From assembly GCA_943788985.1 (NCBI GenBank), contig CALSSJ010000029.1:1-56855 (forward strand): DNA of 56,855 nucleotides. Reading direction: 5' to 3'. Below, in pieces: positions 10,385 to 20,904 of this stretch (position 1 is its first letter; every line of letters starts with the position of its first letter). A program made the translations under genes and the position numbers. This stretch comes from an uncultured Lentisphaerales bacterium (GTDB lineage: Bacteria > Verrucomicrobiota > Lentisphaeria > JABSQK01 > UBA12247). The notes beneath the pieces were generated by a model that saw nothing but the letters and a program-made list of their open reading frames with translations, was not told the origin of the DNA and ran no database searches.

Positions 10385-11138
10385 TTATTGCTCAGTCTCA
10401 AGATGATGCCGATAGCGGCGCAGTAGTTCGAGGATGGTGGCTGGCTTGTGTGCGGCGTAGCGCCGAGGCCGAGAGCTAGGACCTTTCAGGATACCGGCAA
10501 CGCACTGAAAAAGGTCCAACAGGAGACCATCGCGCGTCGGCCCCAAGTCATCCACGGTGAGGCTCAGCGTGTTTACGCGTTCGCGGCTCTCAGCTTGGCT
10601 TCCCGGGGGCACAGACATAGACTGCGTGCGCTCAATCGTGCGCCGTAAAGCTGGATCCATGGCCACGCGATCAAGATTCTGGCGGATGAATCCCGAAGCG
10701 TTTCTGACCGTAGAATGCACCTTGGTCACCACGTTTACTTGGCCGCTGCCCATCTCGTCGCCGATGTCGAAGGCGCACAGCGCCGCCATTTTGTCTCTCA
10801 TCTCAAGCTTGCCGATGCGCAGGTTTTCGTTCTCATGAGCGAAGCAGGTCTTCACTAAGTGGGCCACCACGCCCCCCGAATCTGGATTCCGAATCAGCGT
10901 TGCTATGGAAATCCGCAGCGCATACGAAGTGCCCACCTTCCGAGAGCACCAGTGCCCAGCCCATGCGCTGATGATTCAGGTACCACTCAAACATGCGGTC
11001 GCTCAGCGCATTCTTCCGATCGAGGATGCGGCAACGGTCCTCGGTTTCGTGGCGCGCAGGCGCGCTGGAGGCGTCCCGGAATTCATCTTCCCGCGCCCTG
11101 CGGGCGGCGCGCTTTTTGAAGTTTGAGGTGACAAACAT
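10385..11138 (-). CDS. Hypothetical protein (two overlapping ORFs, possibly one frameshifted gene)
   Basis: ORFs 10833-11138 and 10385-10936 on the same strand fill the gap; no recognised motif. Confidence 0.3.
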
Positions 11139-11158
11139 AAAATGTACCGGGTGAATTA

Positions 11159-11189
11159 TTGCATGTCCGTTTCACAAACCGACATGCAA
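11159..11189. promoter_or_regulatory. Inverted repeat in a divergent intergenic region (operator or hairpin)
   Basis: TTGCATGTC-N13-GACATGCAA, with an inner GTTT/AAAC pair. Confidence 0.4.
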
Positions 11190-11314
11190 AACCGGCTCCC
11201 TAAATGCTACGATGGGTATACGAGTTACGCGCTTAGGAAAAAGTTGGTTACAATACTGGCCGGCGGCAGCGCGGCAAGGGCAAGATTAAGTGTGACATTT
11301 AAGCGTGAAGAACA

Positions 11315-11883
11315 ATGAATAAAAGCACAATCGGGTGTAGGCCTGCATCATTCTCTGCCATGCTGTTTATGGCTGGAGCTTTGTGCCTGCCCGCGCACGC
11401 GCGCCCGCTTCGAGGCACGGAGCGGAAGTGATATCTCCGGAACGTACGTCGGGCGCGATCGAACACACGTTTCGATTCGTCTGAAGGGCGACATTGTAAA
11501 GCGCTACCCGCTCACCAAGCTTACGAACGAGTGTCGCTACCAGATCGAGTTTGAAGACCCGCGAACTGGAATCTGGACCAGTGCGTCCGGTGAGACCGTC
11601 CAGGCGCTTTATAAGGGCTTCGACCGCCCCAACGATCGGGTACTCCTGAAGACCCTTGGAGGCAAGAAACGGACGATCCCACTGCAGCAACTGGTTCGGG
11701 GACGATCGCGATTTGGTGCTCTACATTCTTGCGAGGACCCCGCTAGCGGACACGCTCCCGCGGCAAGAGGGTCCATTTGAGCGGTTGCAGGCACGGTTTG
11801 GCGAGCGCGGGGCGGATTTCATCCTGCTTGGGGGCGCGGTTGGCCTGGTCCTGATGCTCCTCTTCATCCGTGCTCGTGCCTGA
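11315..11883 (+). CDS. Exported protein with two SHD1-like domains and a C-terminal TM anchor (2 frameshifts; only its tail is in the ORF track)
   Basis: Signal-like MNKS...LCLPAHA, then RFEARSGSDISGTYVGRDRTHVSIRLKGDIVKRYPLTKL and IWTSASGETVQALYKGFDRPNDRVLLKTLGGKKRTIPLQQLVRDDRDLV, then FILLGGAVGLVLMLLFIRARA. Confidence 0.65.
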
Positions 11884-12009
11884 CTTTCGGAAAGAAGTTA
11901 CGCTTGATTCTGCAACCACACAACCAATGGGCGCATCGTACCAGATCGGTGCCCCTGCTTCGTTCCAGACAGAGAAAAGACGGAATCCGTTGACCTCCCC
12001 AGCCAAGCT

Positions 12010-12658
12010 CACCAAGGATCACACAGTCTCCGGTTGCAGCATGTGAGTATGCTCGATGGCTGCGGCTCGTCACACGGTGTGGCTGGCTGTGGGCGCTTGG
12101 GGACACCCACAAACAGCGGATCGGCGGGGTCAAGATTGATGACCTGGTGATTGTCGAGATAGACGCTGGGGACGCGGTCGTTGGTCGAAGGCAAGAGGAA
12201 GGAGTAGTCGAGCCCAATCTCCAAAGGCCCGGGCTTGACGTCGCCATTCCAATCGCTTTTGACGCCCTTACGCCTAGCCCGAGGTGCCACTTTCCGATGA
12301 CCGCGGTCTGGTAGCCGGCTTTCTTGCATAGCTTGGGCAAGGTCAGGAGTCTGTTGGGATGGAAAGAGGCGCTTTGGGCGCAAAGATGGGCACGCCATTG
12401 CGAAAGCCATGCCGCCTGGTCAACAGCCAGCAGCGGGACGGGGTGCAGGTGGCCGCTGAGCAATGCCCATCGTTGAAGCGAAGGCCCACCGCGGCAAGCT
12501 GGTCGATATTGGGCGTCGGGATCAATTCACTGCCGGAGACGCGGACATCGCCCAGACCAACGTCGGCCCCATAGATGATGACGACATTTGGTTTGCTGGC
12601 AGTGGCCTCTGCAGCGATCAATGCGAGTGGAAGTAGCAGAAGGGCTGCGAGAAATCAT
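12010..12658 (-). pseudogene. Truncated, degraded arylsulfatase (N-terminal part only)
   Basis: KPNVVIIYGADVG, TPNIDQLA, CTPSR, TAVIGKWHLG, PGPLEIG, PSTNDRVP across several frames; ends near 12060. Confidence 0.8.
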
Positions 12659-12659
12659 T

Positions 12660-14559
12660 TTATTGCTTCTTTTTTCTTTTTCCTTCTTCCTTTTTTCGTA
12701 CGTCACCAGTCCCGCCAGTGAGATAGTCGACTCGGTGGCAGACAAGGCCGGGGAGTTTTGCCCATACGGAGTTCGCAACAGCATCGGGATCGACGGTAAC
12801 CCCGGCGGCGTCGCGAAGCAGGACTACGCTATTCAGAATCAGGTTCACCGCCACCGGGTCGTCACAGCCGTTGAGCGCGGCAAAGATGGCTGGCATTGGG
12901 TCAGCCAGTCCGGTGAGCCCGAGGAATTCGGCTGCTCGTACACGTACCAGCCGATCAGGATCGCTCGCGGCCAGCGTCTTGATGGTCTCTGCAAAGGCCG
13001 CGGCAGACTTGCCAAAGCTGCTGCAGGTGATCAGTGCCCAGTAGCGCTCCAAGGCTTCATCGGCCCCGAGTGCTTCGCGGAGCTGTTGCTTTGCCTGGGG
13101 AAATGGCAGCAGCTGAAGATCGGCGATGGTGATGAGCCGGGCGATAAGCGCCTTGTGAGTCTGGCCGAAGGTGGCACCGTTTTTGTCGCTTTCTCTCAGG
13201 AAGACGGACTCTGGGAAGAAGCTGAGGTCTGGGAGGGAACGGACTTGCTGTTGCAATGTCTGGCGCAAGTCGAGGAGGACTTCTTGGTAGGCAGGATCAT
13301 CGGCTAAGTTGTGAACCTCATGTGGATCCTTGGCGAGGTCGAAGAGCATTTCCGGGGGACGAGCTTGGTAGAACTGTTGCTTTGCCTGGTTCAAGGTCCC
13401 GGCTTGTGCCAGGTCGCGCCACTCGCAGAATGCGGGTTGCTTGTAGCGATAGAAGCTGTGAAGTCCATCGTAATTAAACGGTTGGTAGCTGCGCCAGTAG
13501 GTGTAATTGCTTTTGCGCAGAAAGCGGACCATGTCGTACTTCTCATCGAAGCGGTCGGCATAGCCAAAGGCGGTGTCGCGGCGGTCGAGATCTTCACGAG
13601 ACACGCTCTTGCCGAGGAAGGGCGTGCCATCCATTTCGGCTGGAACCTCAAGGCCGGCAAGGCTCAAAACGGTCGGTCCAAGATCGACAAACTCGACAAT
13701 ACCATCCACGCGAGTACCGGGTTCAGCGGGAGCGAGGTGGCGCCAGTTTTTGGGCACATGCACGACCATTGCGACCTGCAGACCGTCGTTGTGCGCGTAG
13801 CCCTTGCTGCCTGGCAACACACCGCCGTGGTCGCCGTAGTGAAAGATAAAGGTGTCATCGAGCAGGCCGTCCTTTTCTAGGGCAGCGATCATGTGGCCCA
13901 TCTGTTCGTCGATTGTCGTGTGCAGGGTGAGGTACTGCGCATATTTCTTGCGGAAGGTGGGCGTATCTGGGTGGTAGGGGAAGACCTTGACATCGGCTGG
14001 CTGTACGGTCAGTTGGTCCGCTGGAAGGTCCGCGAACAGCTTGCCTTCGTGAGTCGTGCCATAGTTCTGAACGTGAAAGAAAGGCTGTCCGGGGGCGCGG
14101 TTTGCGGTAGCTGGCCTTGGAAGACGAGTTGTCCCACGCCGCCTTCATGTCGAGGGCGTAGTTATAATCGGTCTTGTGGTTGTTGGTGGTGTAATAGCCG
14201 GCTTCGCGCAGATAGGCCGGAAAGGGTTTCAGACCGTCTGGCAGTTTCACCCTCTGCTGGCGGCGATGGTAGTGCGCGCCAGTGCGCGGGCCGTAGCAAC
14301 CGGAGATGATCGTGGACCTGGCAGCGGAGCAAACAGGGGCACAGGAATAGGCATTATTAAACACCAGACCGCTCTTCGCGAGTCGCTCAATATTGGGCAT
14401 GGGGGCGCCATGGTCGGGATTGTAGAGCCGATACCAGCAGGCCGAGTTATCCTCGGTGGTCAGCCAGACGATGTTCGGGACCTTGGGCGTGACGGTCTCA
14501 GCAAAACCCTGTGCGGGCCATAGCGTCAGGATGAGTGCGGCGAGTGCAGATGTCTTCAT
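12660..14559 (-). CDS. Sulfatase (S1 family) with C-terminal HEAT-like repeats; one frameshift at ~14102
   Basis: PNIVWLTTED, CSAAR, GDHGG, DRFDE; removing one base from TTT at 14101-14103 gives YRNRAPGQPFF and joins the two ORFs. Confidence 0.88.
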
Positions 14560-14580
14560 TTTTCGGCCCTTTTCTTTTTC

Positions 14581-16059
14581 TTATTCTGCGGCCCTTTTCT
14601 TTTTCTTATTCTGCGGCTTGGGCTTTCGGGCTATCGGTTTGACGCCGTTTAGTCTGCAGGCTTCTGCGACGTTGTAGCACCGCCCGGGGTGATCCTTGTC
14701 CCATAGCGCGCTGGGCTCGTGGGCATTCAGCATTGCCTTGCGAATGCGATCGACAACTTCTGGATGCTGGGCCGCCACGTTCTGCAGCTCAGCCTCGTCC
14801 TTGCTGAGATCGTACAACTCAATGTCCATGCCCTTTTTGCGATTGAGTACAACGCCCTTCCATTTCCCCATGCGCACTCCGCAATTGGGGTGGCCTTCGT
14901 AGAGTTCCCAGTAGAGGTACTGGTGCTGCTTCTGTTGGTCGTCCTTACCAAGCAGCGTTGGCAGCATCGATAGGCCATCGGTGTCTCCGCGAACCGGCTC
15001 GCCGGTGAGGTCGGCCATGGTGGGCAGAAAGTCCCAGAATGCCGAGAGATGATCGCTAGTGGAGCCCGCTGGGATCTTGCCGGGCCAATACGCCATCATT
15101 GGCGAGCGCACGCCGCCTTCATACATGGTGCGCTTTTTGCCCTTCAGCTCTCCAGACGTGGAAAAGAACTCGCGCGTTTCGCCTTGGCCATGAGCACCGT
15201 TGTCGGAGTTGAAGACCACCAACGTGTTTTCGGCGAGCCCCAGTTTCGCGAGTAGCCGTGCAATCCGCCCGATGTCTCGGTCCATGCGGCTGACCATGGC
15301 GGCCTGGACCTTGTAGTGCGCCTTGGGCCAGTCCTTGTCGGCGTACTCGCCTAACTCTGGTACCTGCCAATTGGTGTGTGGGATGCAGTAGGCCAGGTAG
15401 AGGAAGAAGGGCTGGTCCTTGTTTTGGGTAATCCATTGGACCGCTTCCTCAGTCATCAGGTCATGGCTGTAGTCATTCTTGCCTTTGCCGGGGCCATTAT
15501 TCAGCCGGACCATCTCATTATTGCGCCAGAGGAAATCTGTGTAGTAGTTATGGGCACGGCGTTGGTCTAGGTAGCCGAAGAAATGGTCGAAGCCTTGCTT
15601 ATTGGGATGGCCGCTGTTCAGGACCGGATTGTCCACGTTCTCAAGCACCCCGCCGAGTCCCCACTTGCCGATGACCGCGGTAGCATAGCCGGCCCGTTTC
15701 ATGAGCTTTGCTACGGTTTCTGTTTCGGCAGGCAATGGTGTCTGACCATTGGGGTAGCCGGGGCTGTTCGCGCGAATGTAGGCGTGGCCAGGATGCTTGC
15801 CGGTCATCAGTGAGCAACGAGTCGGAGCGCAGACCGCATTGCCGCAATAGTGGCCTGTGAACCGCATGCCTTGGGCTGCCAAGGCATCGAGCTCCGGAGT
15901 TTTGATCATTTTTTGGCCATTGTAGCCCACCTCACCGTAGCCAAGGTCGTCCGCCAGAATATACACGACATTGGGGTTGCGGCTTGATCCGGCTGAACCC
16001 AGCACTGGTAGGACAAAACACAAAAGAGTGAAGAGGATACGGATCGGGCTGTGGCGCAT
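14581..16059 (-). CDS. Arylsulfatase A-like sulfatase, secreted
   Basis: Signal peptide; PNVVYILADDLGYG, CAPTRCSLMTG, GKWGLG, SDNG, YEGGVRSP, ELYDL. Confidence 0.95.
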   Translation of the reverse strand: MRHSPIRILFTLLCFVLPVLGSAGSSRNPNVVYILADDLGYGEVGYNGQKMIKTPELDALAAQGMRFTGHYCGNAVCAPTRCSLMTGKHPGHAYIRANSPGYPNGQTPLPAETETVAKLMKRAGYATAVIGKWGLGGVLENVDNPVLNSGHPNKQGFDHFFGYLDQRRAHNYYTDFLWRNNEMVRLNNGPGKGKNDYSHDLMTEEAVQWITQNKDQPFFLYLAYCIPHTNWQVPELGEYADKDWPKAHYKVQAAMVSRMDRDIGRIARLLAKLGLAENTLVVFNSDNGAHGQGETREFFSTSGELKGKKRTMYEGGVRSPMMAYWPGKIPAGSTSDHLSAFWDFLPTMADLTGEPVRGDTDGLSMLPTLLGKDDQQKQHQYLYWELYEGHPNCGVRMGKWKGVVLNRKKGMDIELYDLSKDEAELQNVAAQHPEVVDRIRKAMLNAHEPSALWDKDHPGRCYNVAEACRLNGVKPIARKPKPQNKKKKRAAE

Positions 16060-16291
16060 ATGGGTATCGGCTAGTCGTTAGTTCTGGGTCTTGCTGCGGT
16101 GTTGCAATTTTGATAAACGCTGTGCCAGACGATCTAACGCTGCCAGCGCGTCCGGACGGCCAGTGGCAGTAATACCCAAATCCATGAGATCTCTTTCGCG
16201 CATCTTGCGTGTTTTGTAGTTGTGCGTTTGGATTCAAGCTAGTTGAAACTATGAAACACGCGAAGGGGAACCGTTCCCAAAACTACACTAG

Positions 16292-16308
16292 CCTGCATAA
16301 TTCATGCG
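16292..16308. repeat. IS1380 terminal inverted repeat
   Basis: CCTGCATAATTCATGCG matches the reverse complement of 17268-17284 at 15/17. Confidence 0.85.
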
Positions 16309-17267
16309 ACTTCCTGCACCTCTGATCAGAGGTCGCCAGGCCTCAGTTTTCGCCAGCCAGAGCAACTCAAGTGGAGTTTTGGCAGTTTTGCAGTCATTTT
16401 GACAGCATCCGAGCACACTTCCCCTGATCCCCGTTGTGAATCCGGCCGGGTTAGCCCTTGGGGCATTCACTCGGTAGCGAAGTGAGAAACCCGAGTAAAA
16501 ATCTCTGAAACCAACCTGTCGAACTCGCCAACCGCGTGCCAGCAAGTAGACGCTCTCGAAGACGGTGCGTTATGACGTAGGCGTTCTAGTGCAGCATCAA
16601 CCGAAACTGGTTGGCCAGGTGCTCCCGACAACTCAAACGATCGGAGAACAAGTGACACTTGTGCTCCTTGATCATCAATCTGGTGTTGGCGCGGTCGCAA
16701 TAGATTTTCTCCTACAAGTGCTTGGCCGTGCACCCGGTAAAATCCGTGACGACAAAGCGGCTGTCCGTGCCGAGCCAGCCGATTTCTACACGTGCGACCA
16801 CGCAACGCTGATTCTTGCCCCAGGACTTGGCCGCATAATAGAAGTCGTGATGCTTGCGTAGCTTTGGCTGGTGAAGGCGATCCGGCTGGGCGTAGACCGC
16901 TGCTTGGTATGGTGGCTATCAGCACGCAGCGTGAGAGCGGTGCTCGCAAAGCGAGCCCGAATCCGTGTCACCAGTAGCTTAAGTAGTGCGACAATCTCAG
17001 GCAGTATCATGGCCCCACCATCCGTTGTGATTTGGGGCTCGTCGAAGACGGCTTCGACGCGAACGCCAGCTATGAGAGTGAGGGGCAAGGTCGGGGACTG
17101 TATGCGGTTTTCGCGTTCGCACTTTTCGCTGACGCATTTGGCGACATACTGAAACTAGGGGTTGCGGTTTTTTAGATGTTTTGGTCGACATCCTAACCAA
17201 ACCCCAAGCCCCGACTATCCACACACAATCAACTGAACCTAAGTGATCTGGGGCGACCTTTTCCGGA

Positions 17268-17284
17268 CGCATTAATTATTCAGG
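17268..17284. repeat. IS1380 terminal inverted repeat
   Basis: CGCATTAATTATTCAGG (reverse complement CCTGAATAATTAATGCG). Confidence 0.85.
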
Positions 17285-17364
17285 CCAGTATGAATTAGGT
17301 AAACCGACGCAATACTGCATGTGCATAGGCACGGAAAGGAGATTTCGGCACACATGAAGGCAAC

Positions 17365-18759
17365 TCACCACTTCTCCAATTTTGACAGTACTGCAGATTT
17401 TTCTGCAAGTTCCTGGCTCAGCGCCCTTTCGGGATCTCCCGGCCATTGGGGGTCCCGCGCTTCGCTGTCGGTTGCGGAGTTCGCAAGCTCCTGCTGCATG
17501 GCAGGCGTGGTTACGTGTTCGAGCTGCTCGGCTGCGAAGTGCAGCTCGTGCAGCGGGACCCCAAGGTGATGAGACAGATACACCTCCCAGAGGCGATGCG
17601 AGCGAATAATGTCTGCCGCGGCGGCTCGTCCAGCATCGGTCAGCCCACAGCCAGCGCCAGCGCGAACGATCTTCCCGTCCCGAGTCAATTTGCGCAGGGC
17701 AAGCCTGAAGCCAGTACTGCCCACTCCGCCAGACGCCCGCAGGATCGAAGACATGTCAGGCAGGGTGACAATGGTCCCTTGAGTCACCGGAGATTCGAGA
17801 CGGTACAACATGCCCAGTATGTCCTCGGCTGCGATTCGTTGACTGAGTGTAATCCGGCGCACGATTCGACTGACGATGCCCTGCTGGGGAGCCAACAGCA
17901 CGGCCACGGCCAAGAACACGCCTGACATCACGGCCATCATCCCCTGCGTATTTGTCGCTGGCTGGTTCACGAGTCGAGGCAGCAGAATTGCCCCCAAGTG
18001 TCCTAGGACTGCGCACCCGCAGCCAAGGCTAACCGCTACTGCCAGCATCGTCCCGAGTTGCTTGGTCCACAGCTGCGCGGTCGCAGCCGGGACGACCAGC
18101 ATAGCGATGACCATGATGCTGCCGACCGCCTCGAAGCAAGCTACGACTGTCACCGCCACCAAAGTCATCAACCCATAGTGCAGAGCCATCGCGTTGATCC
18201 CCAACGTGGTTGCCAGATCGGGATCGAACGTGGCGATGCGCAGTTCCTTGAAACAGACGAAGACAAACAAAGCGTTGAGCAGCGTGACCGCACCGCAATT
18301 CAAAGCTGCTTGCGGAATGTCCATGCCCAGCACGGAGACGGAGTTAAGCTTGACCAGCTCCAACGCGCCATAGAGCACGCAGCCCGGATCAAGGTCTACA
18401 TGATGCGCGGCATTCTCGATCAGCAACAATCCCAGTGCAAACAGGGTAGTGAAGACCACGCCCATGGACGCATTCTGCTCGACCTTGCCAATGCGGTGTA
18501 CGGTCTCGGTGAAAACTGCGGTGAGCACGCCAACGACGGCAGCTCCAATGAACATGACCACGCTGCCTCGGCTCTCGGTGACGATGAAGGCGATGGCTAG
18601 TCCGGGGAGAACGGCGTGGCTGATGGCGTCTCCCATCATGCTCTGCTTGCGCAGCACCAAGAAGCAGCCCAAGAGGGAACAGGCAACCGCGGCCAGGGCA
18701 CCCGTTGTAATGATCCAAGTGTCGTGGGCCGTCCAGCTGTTTGCGAACTCCGCAATCAT
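17365..18759 (-). CDS. troD: Mn/Zn/Fe ABC permease (TroD-like) fused to a C-terminal DtxR/MntR-like domain
   Basis: GDAISHAVLPG, FTTLFALG, FDPDLA, EAVGS; C-terminal LTDAG...RSHRLWEVYL...AEQLEH. Confidence 0.88.
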   Translation of the reverse strand: MIAEFANSWTAHDTWIITTGALAAVACSLLGCFLVLRKQSMMGDAISHAVLPGLAIAFIVTESRGSVVMFIGAAVVGVLTAVFTETVHRIGKVEQNASMGVVFTTLFALGLLLIENAAHHVDLDPGCVLYGALELVKLNSVSVLGMDIPQAALNCGAVTLLNALFVFVCFKELRIATFDPDLATTLGINAMALHYGLMTLVAVTVVACFEAVGSIMVIAMLVVPAATAQLWTKQLGTMLAVAVSLGCGCAVLGHLGAILLPRLVNQPATNTQGMMAVMSGVFLAVAVLLAPQQGIVSRIVRRITLSQRIAAEDILGMLYRLESPVTQGTIVTLPDMSSILRASGGVGSTGFRLALRKLTRDGKIVRAGAGCGLTDAGRAAAADIIRSHRLWEVYLSHHLGVPLHELHFAAEQLEHVTTPAMQQELANSATDSEARDPQWPGDPERALSQELAEKSAVLSKLEKW

Positions 18760-20081
18760 GGATGGTGCCCATTGATCACATGAGGGCTTGGGGGCATCCG
18801 CTGGCCGTCCAGCTCATTGCCAAGCTTCTTCTCTAAGCGAGCGACCATGACCTCGCCGAGCACATGCTCGATCCGGTCAGCCTCGCGGTCGACGCGGCTG
18901 GTCGCAACATCAGCATGGCTCACGAGGTAGATCTCCCAGAGGCGATGATTGCGCACAACCCGATGGGCCTGCACGCCGCCTGCCTCGGTGAGACACCAGA
19001 GGTCGCCAGCCTGCCGCACATAGCCAGCGCGGACGGCACGGGCCAAGGCATGGCGAACGGCACGCGGGGTCCAGCTGCGCTTCTGGACCAGTGATTCCAG
19101 TGGGACTGCTTCGTCACCATGTTCGCGCAGCTCAAACAGGGCCCGGAGAATGTGTTGGCTACTGGTGCTGGTATGTAGATGCCGCCGCTGGAGCAAGCGC
19201 ACGATCAAGCCACGCTTGGCCCCAAAGACCAGGCTGATTGCGAACATCGCAGACGCGATCAGCACGATCACCGCTCCAGCTGGCAAGCGAGGCACCATGG
19301 CGCTGGCTAAGGCCCCAACCAGCCCGCTGGCCGCTCCGATCAAAGCAGATCCCCACACCATCCAGGCCAAGCGATCGGTCCAAAACCGCGCGGCCGCAGC
19401 GGGCGTAATCAGCATTGCAACCACAAGGACCAGGCCAACCGCTTGCAGCCCAATCACGGTCACCACCGCCACCAGAAACATCAGCAACGAGTCGAGAAAT
19501 AACACCGGCCAGCCTTGGGCTCCGGCAAAGTCCTGGTCAAAGCACAGCAGCGTCAGCTCCTTGAACAGCAGCGCGCAGATCAGGCTGGCGACTAAGGCTC
19601 CGACCACAATGAGCCAGGCGTCTGCCGCCAGCATGGATGCGGTGCGGCCGTAGATGAAGGAACTCAGGCCTGCGGCTTGGCCCTGCTTCATGTTTACGGC
19701 CATGCCTTGGAGCACGACGCCCAGGCCGAAAAACACACTGAGCACAATGCCAAGAATGGAGTCCTCGCGCAGTCGCGTCCAATGACGGAGGAACAGCATG
19801 ACCCCAAGCCCACTCAACCCCGAAATCATGGCACCACTCAGCAGGACTGGCAGCGACTTCCCGGTGCCGCCCAGTTGAACGCTGAGCATAAAAGCCAGGC
19901 AAACACCAGGAAGCGTCGCGTGACTGAGAGCATCGCCAGTAAGGGAGCGCTTCCGAAGCAGCATAAAGGCGCCGATCACGCCAGCAGTGGCCCCGAATAC
20001 CGTGACCCCACTTACCACCACGCGCGTATTGTAGTGGTGCAGTTGCAGGCTCTGAAGAATCTGCGAGAGGAAATCCCACAT
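18756..20081 (-). CDS. troC: Mn/Zn/Fe ABC permease (TroC-like) fused to a C-terminal DtxR/MntR-like domain
   Basis: GDALSHATLPG, LSVFFGLG, FDQDFA, LQAVG, TPAAAARFWTD; C-terminal LTEAG...RNHRLWEIYL...ADRIEH. Confidence 0.88.
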   Translation of the reverse strand: MWDFLSQILQSLQLHHYNTRVVVSGVTVFGATAGVIGAFMLLRKRSLTGDALSHATLPGVCLAFMLSVQLGGTGKSLPVLLSGAMISGLSGLGVMLFLRHWTRLREDSILGIVLSVFFGLGVVLQGMAVNMKQGQAAGLSSFIYGRTASMLAADAWLIVVGALVASLICALLFKELTLLCFDQDFAGAQGWPVLFLDSLLMFLVAVVTVIGLQAVGLVLVVAMLITPAAAARFWTDRLAWMVWGSALIGAASGLVGALASAMVPRLPAGAVIVLIASAMFAISLVFGAKRGLIVRLLQRRHLHTSTSSQHILRALFELREHGDEAVPLESLVQKRSWTPRAVRHALARAVRAGYVRQAGDLWCLTEAGGVQAHRVVRNHRLWEIYLVSHADVATSRVDREADRIEHVLGEVMVARLEKKLGNELDGQRMPPSPHVINGHHP

Positions 20082-20088
20082 CGTGGCC

Positions 20089-20904
20089 CTACTTCTTGGC
20101 GCGGTGCTGGGTGACGGCCCGCACTGCTTCATCGAACAAGGTCAGTCTGCCGCCGTACGTCTTCACCAAGTTTTCCTCGGTGAACACCTCCTCAGTAGGC
20201 CCGTGAGCAACAACCCGCATGTTCAACATCACGACATGATCGAAATACTGCGGAACTGTCTGCAGGTCATGATGCACCACCAACACGGTGCTCCCGGACG
20301 CGCGCAGGCCTTGCAGAATCGTTACAATCGCCTTCTCTGTCGAGGCATCCACCCCGGCAAATGGCTCGTCCATAAAATAGATCTCGGCCTCTTGCGCCAA
20401 GGCGCGGGCCAGAAAGACGCGTTGCTGCTGGCCACCTGAGAGCTGGCTGATCTGGCGGTCTGCGAAGTCCGCCATGCCGACCCGTTCGAGTGCGGTGTAA
20501 GCCGCTTGGCGATGTGCCTTCGAAACCCGCCGAAACCAGCCGATCTGACGATAGCGTCCCATCGTTACCACGTCCTGAACCGTGACCGGAAAGTCCCAAT
20601 CCACGGATTCGCGTTGCGGCACATAGCCCACGCGGTGACGTTGCTCGCGATAGGACTTGCCGTAGAACTGCACCCGGCCGCTGGCCCGAGGCGTGAGATC
20701 CAGGACCGCTTTAATCAGGGTACTCTTGCCGGCACCGTTCGGCCCAACGATGCCGATTAGCTTTCCTTTCGGCAACACCAGGTCCACATCCCAGAGAACG
20801 GGCCGGCGATGATAAGCGACCGTCAGGTCATGGATCGCCAACGGAGCGTCCGGGTGTTCGCTGCCTTTGCGGGTTGCGGAGTTCGCAACCTCCGCGCCGT
20901 TCAT
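20089..20904 (-). CDS. troB: Metal ABC transporter ATP-binding protein
   Basis: GPNGAGKST, YVPQRESVDWDFP, LSGGQQQR, DEPFAGVD, VHHDL. Confidence 0.93.
   Translation of the reverse strand: MNGAEVANSATRKGSEHPDAPLAIHDLTVAYHRRPVLWDVDLVLPKGKLIGIVGPNGAGKSTLIKAVLDLTPRASGRVQFYGKSYREQRHRVGYVPQRESVDWDFPVTVQDVVTMGRYRQIGWFRRVSKAHRQAAYTALERVGMADFADRQISQLSGGQQQRVFLARALAQEAEIYFMDEPFAGVDASTEKAIVTILQGLRASGSTVLVVHHDLQTVPQYFDHVVMLNMRVVAHGPTEEVFTEENLVKTYGGRLTLFDEAVRAVTQHRAKK

Larger units (their letters stand above)
16292..17284 (-). mobile_element. IS1380-family insertion sequence remnant (993 bp, internally deleted, transposase pseudogene)
   Basis: Transposase fragments AVFDEPQITTDGG, LRADS, YAAKSWG, RFVVT, IKEHK, SDRLSC, ANQFRL with in-frame TAGs; 17-bp terminal IRs; flanks CTAG/CCAG. 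Confidence 0.88.

Noticed and set aside
16110..16130. Sigma54 promoter upstream of the sulfatases (TGGCACAGCGTTTAT)
   Set aside because: The -12 GC dinucleotide is missing at the required spacing.
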